A stretch of DNA of 64,000 nt from Eledone cirrhosa (lineage: Eukaryota), in the NCBI GenBank assembly GCA_964016885.1, contig OZ024743.1:104408001-104472000 (forward strand), given 5' to 3'. Positions within the stretch are counted from its first letter, which is position 1; every line of letters begins with the position of its first letter. The position numbers and the translations under genes were made by a program. The notes beneath the pieces are model-generated. The model searched no databases, had not been told where the DNA came from, and saw nothing but the letters and a program-made list of their open reading frames with translations. Below, piece after piece: positions 26,730-40,017 of this stretch.

Positions 26730-26896
26730 CATATTTCCCGGCGCCGAAGATGCTTCATCCTCGAGGATGCACCCTAATTTTGACAACCAGAAATTTGAAA
26801 AAAGATAATAAATAGCCTTCAGCCTCCAGGACTCATGGTAGATTTTTGAGACTTATTTTAGGAAAAAAGTAGCATCTTTGATGCCGGGAAATATGG
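26729..26896. mobile_element. Tc1/mariner-pogo type MITE, TA target
   Basis: TIRs CCATATTTCCCGGC and GCCGGGAAATATGG flanked by TA. Confidence 0.85.
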
Positions 26897-27427
26897 TATA
26901 TATATATATATATATATATGATTTTTAATGCGATGAAATACCAATGATGGTTGGCAAATCACTGATGAGGGACTAATTTTATAATATGTAATCCATGTGC
27001 AACCATGCAGTATTCTTCTCCCCTTGTTTTTCATATATATATATATATATAGTACTATATATATATAGTACTGGTGCCACAACAAAAAGCACTCAGTCAA
27101 CTCTGTGAGGTGTTATAATGCTGGTGCCATGACAAAAAGCACCCACTCCACTCTGTAAGGTAGTAGTAGTGCTGGTGCCATGACAAAAAGCACCCAGACC
27201 ATCATAGATGGTGGTAGTGCATGAGTTACAATGCAATACTCCTAAGTACCTGGTGTAAAGTGACTGATTTTAAGAAAGGCATCCAGCTGTAGAAGCCAAG
27301 ATAAATATGGCGTTTATAAGCTAGATGTAGCCACCTTATGTGTCTAGCCTTAGTAAGTGACAGCTGGTCAATAGCACTAAAGTGACAGCTGGAGAATAGC
27401 ACTAAACACTGACATTGATATTATATC

Positions 27428-27754
27428 GAAGACCCTCTTTGGTCACAAATGATCATGTGATTTGCACCTAGAAAGTTTCCCTCTGGGCAAGTCCGGGCAA
27501 AGTTGTTTGAGGAAGATCAGCAATCCCTCATGCATACCAGCCTCCCCTCTCCATGCCACCAATGATGTCCAAAGGTTATGGCCAATACTGCTTGGCACCA
27601 GTGATGTCACAACTCATTTCTACAGCTGAGTGAACTGGAGCAACGTGAAATAAAGTGTCTTGCTCAAGGACACAACGCATCACCCAGTCCAACAATCGAA
27701 CTCACAACCTTTTGATTGCAAGCCCAATACTCTAACCACTAAGCCATGCACCTT
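27428..27754 (-). mobile_element. CORE SINE with S1-like head and a different 3' body
   Basis: 27610-27754 matches the S1 head and CORE; 27428-27610 is unrelated to the S1 tail. Confidence 0.75.
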
Positions 27755-27787
27755 CACATTGATATTATATATACATACATACATACA

Positions 27788-27850
<63 letters not shown>

Positions 27851-29067
27851 TAGTGCTGGTACCACAATAGAATTAAACTAGCAGACTTTATGAAGTGGTT
27901 GATATTAGGAAAGGCATCCAGCAGTAAACCGTGCCAAAATGAAACATGACAACCGATCCAACACATACCAGTATGAAAAAGATGATTATGATACATAAAA
28001 ACAATGGGCTTAGGCTCAGTTTCTGTCTACCAAATTTCACGACCACTACCATCACCAACAACAGCCACAACAACAAACAGTACCATCACCACCAACAACC
28101 ACAACAACAAACACTACCATCAGCACCAACAGTCATAGCAACAAGCAATACCATCACCACCAACAGTCATAGTAACAAACACTACCACCACCAACAACAA
28201 ACAGTACCACCACCACCAACAACAAACAGTACCACCACCACCAACAACAACAGTCCCAACAACAACAAACACCACTATCACCAGCAACAGCAACAAACAC
28301 TACTGCTAACATTACCAACAGCCACAACACCAAGAACCACCACTAACAGCAATATCAAACATTACCATCACCAACAACAAACACTACAACCAACAACAGT
28401 CACAACAACAAACACTACAACCAGCAACAACAGTCACAACAAACACTACCATCACCAAAGGGAAACAGCACATCAAGAAACCTATGTGGGTGAGAGCCTC
28501 TTAGATGATCACTCCACCTGCTAAAAACAGCAGCCAAACCTCTATCAAATCACTCCATTGTCTTTAGTTCTTAGCATAGCATTATGACAAGATGGTCATA
28601 GTTGAAGCACTTTTGATCATAGCCATGCTCAATTAGTACTGACCCAGGGCTAAATAACAACCACTCAACAATAGAATCTAATTTGACAGTCATGAGCCAC
28701 TCAATATTCTAGAAATAACAGCCAAATCTCCCTCAAATCACCCACAACTATCTTTAAAAATTAAAATAAGAACACATTAGTATCACATAGTCTCTGATAT
28801 ATGAAAAGACTGGAGAGCCATGGCTGGAAACACTGAGCCAAGCATGAACACCAATTGTAACAATAAAAACAACAACAACATTAAGAATGTATGAACTATA
28901 TACATGCACATGTATATATATATACACAAAATATGTATATATATATAAATATATATATATATATAACCCATGCTAGCATGGATGAATGGACATAAAACGG
29001 TAATGAGGATGATGATGATGATATATATATATATATATATGTTAAATATGTATATGTGTATGCATAT

Positions 29068-29101
<34 letters not shown>

Positions 29102-29180
29102 GCCTTTGATATTTTGCAATATATATATGTGTGTGTATAATAATAATGAAATTATTATGTAGTGCTCAGGTGCACTACAA

Positions 29181-29221
<41 letters not shown>

Positions 29222-29347
29222 TAGATAGACAGTATATATATATATATATATATATATCATATCCCCATTTTAAGGAAAAAAAATACCAGACAAAACCTTC
29301 AGAAATTTAAAGAATTTTATGAAAACATTTTTCTTTTGGTTCATTAC

Positions 29348-29425
29348 CTTCTCTTCTTGTGTTTGGTTTGTAGTACAGGGTTCTTCCTTTTTCCAAAGAT
29401 TTTGATAAATTTCCCAAGATTGGCA
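29348..29425 (-). CDS. Candidate 78-nt internal exon of an unidentified gene
   Basis: Branch-like CTTAAC and TACAG acceptor, AAG|GTAATG donor, length divisible by 3, unique sequence. Confidence 0.45.
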
Positions 29426-29738
29426 CTGTACAGCAAGTTAAGCAGAATGAAGCCATAAAAAATTGATATATATTTACATATATATATATATATATTTATA
29501 AATAGAGAGATAGATAAATATAATTTGTTTCTGTATATGTATATATATATAGATCAAATTTCACAATACTTCCAAGTTATGTGATTTTATATATAAATAT
29601 ATATGTATATATATGTATGTTTGTGTGTGTGTGTATATCCAATTTTACAATGCTTCTAAAGTTATGTGATTACAATAATTTCATATGTATGTGTTAGTGT
29701 GTGTATGCAATATGTATGTATATATATATTATATTTCT

Positions 29739-29784
<46 letters not shown>

Positions 29785-30642
29785 ATATCCAAAATCTCAG
29801 TTAAGGTACAGAAATCCAAATAAAATCGTGATGACAAAAACGTTAAATTCTTCCACCATGGGTTCCCATCTAAGTGAGCAAAGATCAAACACCAAGGACC
29901 AAACACCAACGTTGTTTGGTACCAACAAACGGAACGGCAAGAAATAACTTTGTTTATGTATTATTTTCTTTTCAACAGTATTTGTTCTAGTTGATGTTGG
30001 GACTTATTTTAGGGAGTTGCTCTTGATTTCTTTGAGTTCTGTCAGTTTTTATATATATTTTATACATATATACACACATATACATATTTAACATATATAT
30101 ATGTGTGTGTATATATGTATATATATATAAATATTTACGTGTACATATATGTTTATGTATATATAATTTGATACAAATATTGTTATTTTTTATTTCTGAC
30201 CCTTCAATAGTAGGGGGTCCTGGGTGTTTGTTTTTCTTTTTCTTTTTCTTATTTTTCTGGGTACCCACAACACTGACAGAAAAGTACACCAACAGCAGCA
30301 GAAGTTAGCGGCAGACAGCAGCAGCCACGGGCTAGAAGAAGAAGATAATGGAGAAGTAGAGGAAGAAGAAGATATAAGAGAAGAAGAAGGAAGAAGAAGA
30401 GGAGGAGGTGGAAGAAGAAAAAGAAATCAGCTCCAACCAACCACAAATACTACGACTGAAGAAGAAGAAGGAGAGGAACAAGAAATTAGCATCAACTATG
30501 ATGACTATGGACTAAGAAGAAAGCAGCACCAACCACTACAACGACGACTACTACCATTACTAAAGAAAAAGTAGAAGAAATCATCGGACTAAGACAAGGA
30601 AGATTTCTACCACGACCAAGAGCACCAACACCTCCACTACCG

Positions 30643-31045
30643 CAACGACAACAACAATAATGGCAGTGACGATGGCGGCGGGGAAGAGTTGAATACCAAT
30701 ACTTTCTTAAACACCGGAGAGAGAGAGAAATTTGGAGTGATAGATAATTAGAGAGAGAACGATATATATAAAGCTAGATACATAGAGATAGAGAGAAAGT
30801 TATTGATAGGTAAATAGATAGATAGAGAGAAAGAAGGGGGGGAGGCACACTACCTCAACGACAACGACAACAATGATGATAGCGACGATGGCGGCGGGGA
30901 AAGGTTGAATACCAATACTTTCTTAAACACCAGAGAGAGAGAGAGAAATTGGGAGTGATAGATAATTAGATAGAGAACGATATATATAAAGCTAGATAAA
31001 GAAAGACAGTTATTGATAGGTAAATAGATAGATAGAAAGAGAAAA
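30643..31045. repeat. Tandem duplication, unit about 215 bp
   Basis: GACGATGGCGGCGGGGAA..GTTGAATACCAATACTTTCTTAAACACC occurs twice. Confidence 0.9.
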
Positions 31046-31326
31046 GGCAGGCTCCTCTTTAATCTTTGCCTGCCTACTTTACTCCATACACCAGCTAGTT
31101 TTTAATAACACAAAGTTTTCCTATATTAAGACTACCTTAACTAGCTTGTACTTATAATAAAACCTCTCTTCAGACTCAACTTCTATTTAAACTACATCCT
31201 TCCTCTCTCTCCTTTTCTCTCTTTCTTTGCATTTCCTTTGCTTTCTTTTCCTCTGTATCACTTCACCTCCCTCATACACACTATCTATCCATTCTCTCAA
31301 TCTCTCTTTAGCTTTCTCTCTGTGTA

Positions 31327-31398
<72 letters not shown>

Positions 31399-31503
31399 TG
31401 TATATATATACATACAGATATATATATATATATACATATATGTATATATATATATACACATATATGTATATACACACATATATGTATATATATACATACA
31501 CAT

Positions 31504-31685
31504 TGGGAGCCCCTACATAGACACACTAGAAGAGGAAGACCAAGGTTAACGTATGTTGATGCCCTAAGGACAGACACTGGTCTGTTAGAGATGCTGGACA
31601 TGGCAGCGATAATGAGGGACAGAGACCGCTGGAGAGAACTCGTCCATGGATCTCGGGAATTTTACCCGCCTTAGATAGATAGATA
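31504..31685 (+). mobile_element. RTE-C short 3' fragment
   Basis: Matches 22550-22730. Confidence 0.9.
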
Positions 31686-31693
31686 CATACACA

Positions 31694-31755
<62 letters not shown>

Positions 31756-31769
31756 TGTATATACACACA

Positions 31770-32055
31770 TATGGTGGCTGCCAACTCGTTTTCGAGTATG
31801 GCCACTACTTTATATCCATGTAGGAGAACCCCTACCGATGCACTGAACGAGTGTGACTTTTTAGTCCAGCCAGCGACTTGAAAACTCTGGTACAAACACT
31901 ACACTTGTGACAATTATTGACACGTAGTGCTGAGCCCATGGTACCATGTGACGACAAGTGCAGAGATCTCCAGATATAAAGCAATACCTGTGCCGTGAAG
32001 CTTTTATAGTGAGCAAAGACACTGCACAAAGCCAGTCCCACTCTCTTAACCAAGA
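31770..32055 (-). mobile_element. Non-LTR 3' end with C2H2 zinc finger
   Basis: CSVCTRVFKSLAGLKSHTRSVHR*; terminal GGCCATACTCGA..ACGAG..GGCAGCCA also at about 25605-25640. Confidence 0.7.
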
Positions 32056-32085
32056 TGATATACACATATATGTATATATATACAT

Positions 32086-32145
<60 letters not shown>

Positions 32146-32324
32146 TTCAATGAAAAAGGGAGGCTGGATTCCAACATACTCTTTTAATGTTACACACATA
32201 CACAATACGTATTTCTATGGCTGGCTTATGTCATCAGGTGTACTGAACACAAAAAATTTTAAAGATTTAGTTCAGTCATCCCTATAGGGTTAGAGCAAAA
32301 TATTAACAAAGAATTCATATGGAA

Positions 32325-32966
32325 GCGTTGAAAGAGCATATAACGCAGAAACCGGTACACGATTAAATGTGGAAAACCCTACTTTATAAATAAATGTTTT
32401 GATATTATACTGAGAAAATCGCTCCAGCATTTTCTACTGTATTTTTTCCTTTTTACTATTTGTCTCTCTCTCTCTCTCTATATATATATATAATAAACAA
32501 GAGAGATGGTTTTATTTGTACATCTTCATTTTATTACCTAATTCCATTATACGTATTTCAAAGATGCAAGGGTTATTATAACCCTTATATGTTTTCATCA
32601 GATGGAGAAAGATATATTTATAGTTTTTACATACACATTTAGAGCAGTCGAAACCAACAATTTAAACTGCTACCGCCTTTGTTGGTCAACACTAGCAGAG
32701 AGCGTAAGAGAGCTTCGGACATAAATATGAACTTTCCTCTCTAAATATGTATGTAAAAACAAATAATTTTTTTTCTCCATTTTATCATTATTTGTATAAA
32801 TATGCAATTTAACTGCGCTAGACATTTCCGTTGAAAAAGCATATAAAGCTGAAACCGGTACACGATTAAATGCGGAAATCCTTACTTTGTAAATGAATGT
32901 TTTGATATTATACTGAAAAAAATCCCTCCAGCATTTTCTACTGTATTTTTTTCCTTTTTACTATTT
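32325..32966 (+). mobile_element. Direct repeats (about 135 bp) resembling Penelope pseudo-LTRs, each starting with a hammerhead-like motif
   Basis: 32325-32460 resembles 32829-32966; GAAACCGGTA in both. Confidence 0.6.
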
Positions 32967-33032
32967 TTTATATCTATATCAACTCGTGTGTGACTTTTCT
33001 ACATTCCATATATATATATTAATATATATATA

Positions 33033-33369
33033 TCATCATCATCATTTTACGTCCGCTTTTCCCTGCTTGCAAGGGTGGGACGGGAATTGATTCTGGCTTG
33101 ATTTCTACAGCTGGATGCCCTTCCTAACACCAACCTCATTTACAGTGAGTGCTGGGTGCTTTTTTTTCCATGGCGCCTACACAACCACTTTACAGTGTGG
33201 GCTGGGTGCTTTTTTGCTGTGGCACCCCCACGACCACTTTGCAGTGGAATGATAGGGACCTAAATAAAGTGTCTTGCTCAAGGAAACAACACATCACTCG
33301 GTCTGAGAATTGAACTCACAACCTTTCGATTGCAAGGCCAATGCACTAACCACTAAGCCATGTGCCTCC
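33033..33369 (-). mobile_element. S1 SINE with an extra middle unit and partial CORE deletion
   Basis: Reverse complement of S1. Confidence 0.9.
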
Positions 33370-33486
33370 ATATATGGACATATGTATATATATGTATATA
33401 TATGTGTGTGTATGATGATAATGATGATGATATATATATGTATCATCATCATCATCATCATCGTTTAATGTCTATCTTCCACGCTA

Positions 33487-33561
<75 letters not shown>

Positions 33562-34646
33562 TTAAGTAAAATAATATGGATGGAGTAGTAAAGTAGATAC
33601 AGAGATAATAAGATTGAGTAATAAAGATACTGAAATGTCATCTTGCTCTCTCTCATCATCATGATTATCATGATTTTACGTTTGCTTTTCCATGCTTGAA
33701 TGGGTTGGATGGAGGGATCTTTTCCAGCACAACATCCCTCTCTCCGTTCATCGAATTCCTTCAACATCTCCACTGTGCGCGTTAAGCTCTCATCCACCTC
33801 TGCCAAAGGGTTGCTTGGTCTTCACTAATGCAGCTATCTTCCACTGGGATTTGTTGGTCCTTCTTTGCCTAACAATTGCAATCATCATTCATATACATCA
33901 CATGTCCATACCTGTGCAGTCTTATCTCTTGCACACAACACTCTGCATCCATTGAAGTATGCTTGCTTCATATCTCTCTACCTTTCATATATGTATATAT
34001 ACCTGGGCACATGCATGTGTGTGTGTATGTATGCTTATGTTTGTGTTTATGTCCCATTTCTTAGTGGCTCAACAAAAAAGTGATCGATTAAATAAATATC
34101 AGATTTGGAAAAAAAATGACTACTGAGACGAATAAAAAAATATATATATATATAATTTTCCCAGTACAGAGTGTAAAATGGTTGGCATTAGGAAGGACAT
34201 CCTGATGTAAAAACCATGCCAAACATGGAACATATGAGCAAGACATGGTAACAAGATTGATTTAGCCTCAGAATGTAACAATCTATTGAATCAATGTTTG
34301 CATGGAAAAATAGGTGTAAAATGGGGATGATCAATATATATGCACGGACACACATAATATATGCAGGTTAGCTCTGATTGAGCAGACTTATAACCAAAGA
34401 CATTCTAGCAACTGACTATTTATTCTTACATTTTTTTAAAACCTAGTGTATAGGTGCAGGCATGGTTGCTTCACAACCATCTGGTCTTGGGTTTTGTCCT
34501 ACTGTGACACATCTTGGGGAAGTGATTAAGATGGCAGGGAGAGATTTGAGGGAGATTTTACTGTTATTTCTGCTGGTTGAAAGTAGTTTATTGTTCCTTA
34601 TTAATTCTTATGTGAGAAAAACCACAGACCCTCCATCTCAACTCTA

Positions 34647-34679
34647 CTTTTGAAAAGCAGAACTGCGAAACCGGTAAAG
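34647..34679 (+). ncRNA. Minimal hammerhead-like motif with U3-A8 core variant
   Basis: CUU-UUGAAAA-GCAGAACUGC-GAAACCGGUA-AAG. Confidence 0.55.
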
Positions 34680-34816
34680 GAACCAAATAAATATATATAT
34701 ATTTTTTAAAATAAGACTCCAGTTGCATTTTCGATTTCATCTTTTTTTCTTTATACTTTCACTCGTGTAGGACACCTCGGTTATTTTTCATTTTGTAAAA
34801 AAAACCTCATTTTCTA

Positions 34817-34857
<41 letters not shown>

Positions 34858-35163
34858 ATGAGAGAGAGAGAGAGAAGGTGAAATTGGAAATAGCACGAAA
34901 AATATATTTAAGGGTCTGTTTTCCTTTTTTTTTCCTTTCTTTGATTTGTCAAAGTGACATTATTGAAAAAATGAGGGGGACAATTCTTTTAAAAAAGAGT
35001 TTTATAATGTATATGGAGTATATAAAGTATAACCAGTTTCGATGTATTTGTAAAATTCATCTCATCAAATGTTGAGCATTACAATTAAAAAGAATTAATA
35101 AGAATTAAAAACTAAAAATTAAAGATCTAAAATTAAGTGTTGATGGAAGTTTTTTCATCTTAC

Positions 35164-35272
35164 TTGTTGAGAAGGAGATTGGAAAATGAATTCTTGTGTA
35201 TCCACAAATTTGCCAAATAAAATATGGCAACTCAAAGTCAAGAACATAGACTTCTCCATCAAATAGTTGATA
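35164..35272 (-). CDS. Candidate exon of an unidentified gene (possible ATG at 35259)
   Basis: TTTTATAG acceptor (alternative CTGCAG at 35311), CAA|GTAAGA donor; reads MEKSMFLTLSCHILFGKFVDTQEFIFQSPSQQ. Confidence 0.4.
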
Positions 35273-36234
35273 CTATAAAAATCTCAACCATATATAAATG
35301 GGCTCAAGGCCTGCAGATTAGGCAATGACGAAAAATGGCGGATACTGAATAATCTCCACAACAATAACAAACCACTTAACACACACAGAATGCTTGCAAT
35401 GTTCTTACATTTCTAAGTACCATCACACCAACAACATCATCACCATTAATACAACCAACACCAACGCGACCATCACCACCAACACCAACGCGACCATCAC
35501 CACCAACACCAACGCCACCATCACCACCAACACCACTACTACTACTACCACCATCACCCCCATGACCACTAAACACCATTAACATCACTACCATCACCAC
35601 CACGAACACTAACACCATTTTCAATGCTTATCATCCTTATCAACACCACCATTAATATAATCTTCATGATTTTACATAATAGACATCACCATCATCTTCA
35701 TGATTTACATAATAGACATCACCATCACCAACTCCATCATCACAATCATTATTACCATCATTAGCAACAGCACAATCACCAACTCCATCATTGTCATCAT
35801 CATCATCATCACCAACTCCATCACCAACTCCATCACCATTATCATTGTTGAGGCATCCCCCTCCCACTTTCTCTATACCTCCTACCACTTCACATTCTTA
35901 TCTTTACATCATTTCAGTCTATCTACCCACTTTATCCTCTCTCAGCTGTCTTTCTATCACTATCTTACTGTCTGTGACCACACACACACACACAGACAGA
36001 CACACAGGCAGACAGACAGACACACACACACACACACAGACAGACAGACAGACAGACACACTCACACACACATCCAAACATAAATATATACCATTTTTCT
36101 ATTTGTTTTACAAGACTCATGATACAAGTTGTGTGTTGAAACAGATATTGTTATAGAAAATAGTGTGTTTTATTAGAAGGCAACAGCAATGCAAATGGGT
36201 CATTAAATAATGATAACAGTGTTAAAAATAGTGG

Positions 36235-36432
36235 GTTCTACATTTGGCACAAGGCCAGCAATTTGAAGGGAAGAGGAAAGCTGATTAAATCTACCCAGTG
36301 CATTACTGGTACTATATTTTATCAACCTTGTAAAGATGAAATGCCTCAGTAGGATTTGAACTCAGAATGTAAAGGGCCGTAACTCTATGCCACAAAGCAA
36401 TTATGTCTGACACTCTACTGATACTGCTAATC
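36235..36432 (-). mobile_element. Degenerate S2 SINE
   Basis: GGCACAAGGCCAGCAATT...CCCAGTGCATTACTGGTACT...GGATTTGAACTCAG. Confidence 0.75.
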
Positions 36433-36535
36433 CAAAAATAATAACAAAGATGTTGGAATGTTACTCTAGAGTTGTTTAATATTCCTTAATATTTCGGGAT
36501 ATCCCAAAACTATTTTCTACATTTTACACAATGTT

Positions 36536-36753
36536 GTAACCCTTTAGCATTTAAACAGGCTGGTGTCTGGCCAGAATTCTCTCACATTTTTCTGTTCAAG
36601 CCGGTCACAATCCGCTGCTCATACTGATGTTAAGGTAATGTTCTGAAAATAAATAACATCAAAATCTCATAGATTCAATATTATGTGAGATAACATGTTT
36701 ACTGTGAAAATACATTAGTAAATATGTAGAGTAATGTAAATGCTAAGGGTTAA
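36536..36753. mobile_element. piggyBac-type MITE
   Basis: TAACCCTTTAGCATTTA...TAAATGCTAAGGGTTAA termini. Confidence 0.8.
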
Positions 36754-37175
36754 GCAAACTAAAACAAACCTCTTGAGTACTGTTATACTTTAGGAGGGTC
36801 AAGCTGCCAATAAAAACACATGCACTAGTTGAGTTTCACTTCAGTTCTATTATTAGTTAGGTAACTAATCCATTGCTCAGCTAGTTCAGTAACTAAATAG
36901 TTATTTAATTGTCAAAGTTCTTTTATCATATGTTTTTATAAATATTTTCATGGGAATTATTCTGATGAGCTTTCTTTTTTGTTGCTTCATCTTCATGAGT
37001 TTAAACAGAGCACCAGATTGATAGCTAGTTCTCATCTGTTTACAGTTGAAGTTCCCAAATGCAATTGTAAATTCTATTCTGATAGTTTCTTTCCTCACAC
37101 ATCTCGCCTTTGAAATTTTCTTCCGGCTTCTTGCTTTCCTGACCACTACAACATCAAGTGTCATCTATTCTTTCC

Positions 37176-37571
37176 TTAACCCTTTAGCATTTACATTACT
37201 CTATATTTAGAATTGTATTTTCATGGTAATCATTTTATCTCACATAAATATCTCATATCTGATATTATTTATTTTGAGAAAAATACCTTAACATCAGTAT
37301 AAGCAGCCAGTTACAGCCGGTTTGAACGGAAAGAGGTGAGAGAATTCTGGCTGGATTAAATGCTAAAGGGTTAAACCGGCTGTATCTGGTCAGAATTCTT
37401 TCACCTCTTTCTGTTCAAATCAGCTACTCATACTGATGTTAAGATGTTCTCAAAATAAATAATATCAAAATTTCATAGATTCAATATTAAGTGAGATAAT
37501 TATGCGAGGTAAAGCCTTTACCATGAAAATATAATAGTAAATATAGAGTAATATGAATGTTAAAGGGTTAA
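37176..37571. mobile_element. Two adjacent, oppositely oriented piggyBac-type MITEs
   Basis: TTAA-CCCTTT at 37176, AAAGGG-TTAA at 37371 and 37568; bodies match 36536-36753. Confidence 0.8.
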
Positions 37572-37949
37572 ATCATGTTCTCTCTGTCTTGACTTTTTCT
37601 CTTCTCAGTAAACTCTTTGTTTTGATTTTGTTTTGTTTTCTCCATCTTGGAACAGAACTTAACAAAAGTTCTTATATGAAATTATGATAGAAGGTTTTCT
37701 AGATAAATACAAATACTTTAAAATAAAGTTTTGTATCATAGTACCTGGGGCAGTTTCAGTCAGTTTAGTGTCAAATGTGTTACACACCTATACAATTAAA
37801 ACTGGGATAGTTTCAGGTGGTTTAGTATCAGAAAGGTTAAACTAGAATTTAAGTGCTTTCAGTGCTTTTTCTTATATTCTTATAGATATGAGATTCTAAT
37901 ACTTGGAGAGAAGAAGAGCACTACACAGCATGTCTAAGGTCATGATGAA

Positions 37950-38280
37950 CAGTCAAACGTCTACAGTGGCACTTCAATGACAGGTTGCACCAGTTTCAGG
38001 GAGATGGGCACCGTCGTGTATTCCTAAAGTCTACTGAAATAGCCTGATGGACACAGTGAAATGTCTAGAGAGGTACCCCAACAACTGGTTGCACCAGTTT
38101 CAGGGTGGTGGGCACCGTCATGTATTCCTAAGGCCTACTGAAATACCCTGATGGACACACAGTCAAATGTCTAGAGTGGTACCCCAATAGCTGGTTGCAT
38201 CAGTTTCAGGGAGATGAGCATCACCCAGATGAGCAAGACCCACTGAAATATGATGGACACAAACATCTAGGGTAGCACCC
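37950..38280. repeat. Tandem repeat, about 105-bp unit, three copies
   Basis: GGTTGCA.CAGTTTCAGGG at about 37983, 38087 and 38193. Confidence 0.9.
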
Positions 38281-38867
38281 CTGCCTACACCAGTATTTGA
38301 GCTTGCTTGATAGATGACATGATTCCAGTGTTTTAAATAAATTACCTTTTTTTTTTTTACAGTATTTTCATAAAATATGATTTTTTCTGTTTCATTTTTT
38401 CTTGGAAAAAATGAAACGAAATTTCATTTCCCACTCTTAGTATGGCTGTTACTTAAGTATAAGTATGTATACGTACATACATATATGTATACAGACGTAC
38501 AGTAGTATGTATATATATATACATACATGCACACATATATATATATGTACGTATGGATTCACTGAACATTTATTATAATGCTCGGTGTGTTTGTAAACAA
38601 ACATCCCGAATTAAGCCGTTCAGTGTCTAGCAACCATCGTTGCTCATTTGTTCAACCCTGACAAAGGAACGCTGTACTAGTTTCAAGCTTATTAGCTATC
38701 GTCAGCAACGTATACCTTCCTGCCAGATGATTGAACGTCTGAAAGTATATACTTTCCTTATCAATATTAACGGCTGAGCATTTTTTCTTGATTCCCCATC
38801 AATATACCATCACCATTGTGAAGGTGTATTGTTTTGGGATTAACCACCAGCACCTACCACCATCATT

Positions 38868-39395
38868 GGAAAGGTGTGTGGTTTAGTGGTTAGAATGTGC
38901 ATTCAGCTCCTGGTCATAAAGTCAAGAATTTGATTCCCGACAATGAGTTGAGCTCTTTAGCAAGACACCTTATTTCATGTTAATCTAGTCCTCTCAGCTT
39001 ACAAAAGATGAGTTGTATCTGAAATTCAAAAGGAAAGGCCAGTCTGATACACACTATGTCTTACTAAATCTCACTCAGAACTATGTTAACCCTTTATCAT
39101 TTACATTACTCTGTATATACTATTGTATTTTTTGTGGTAAAGGCTTTCTCTTACATAATATCTCACATAATATCGAATCTATGAAATTTTAATGTTTTTC
39201 ATTTTGAGAACAATACCTTAACATCAGTATGAGCAGCCAGTTATAGCCGGTTTAAATAGGAAAAGGTGAGAGAATTCTGGCCAGATATGACCAGTTTAAA
39301 TATTAAAAGGTTAAGGGTACACATGTCTGTGAATTGCTCAGCCACTTGTACAGTAATTCCATGAGCAGGCTGTTTCATTAATCAAACAACTGGAA
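38868..39395 (+). mobile_element. Old CORE SINE interrupted by a piggyBac-type MITE (39086-39314, TTAA duplication)
   Basis: tRNA/CORE head; body related to 26190-26488; TTAA on both sides of the MITE. Confidence 0.7.
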
Positions 39396-40017
39396 CACCA
39401 TTACTAGCACCACTGCTACCATTGTCACTGACATCCCCATCACCACACACTATCACTGCTACTACTACCACCACCACTATGATCAACACCTTGATCATTG
39501 TTATTGACACTATCACTTCTACTACTACCACCACCACTACTAACTCTCTAACCAACCATTACCACCACCACCACCATCACCTCTCAACCAACCATTTCCA
39601 CTACCAACAACAACATTTCTACCACATCCTCTGTCACCCTTACTATATCTATCAGTTCAACAACCACTCACTACCTAGAAGCCCCCACCATCACCACTAC
39701 CTCTACCCACCACAACCACCACCACCACCATCATTATTAGTGATTTAGAAAGTAGAAATACAGGGTTCCAGTGTTTATTTTCAGCACACTTCTGTAAATG
39801 TTGCCAGAAGTTCATGACCTTGGGTCATACAAAAACAACAACATTAGCAGCTTTAGGTCAACAACAGCAACAATAATACAGGCTAGAGAAGCAACATTTA
39901 TATAGTCACCTAATCTTCTTGAAATAGCAGCCAAATCACCCTTAAAGAAGACCCTATTGTTTTTAAAAATAGCACTGACTGATGAAACCTCTTTATTATC
40001 ACCTAATCTGCTAGAAA

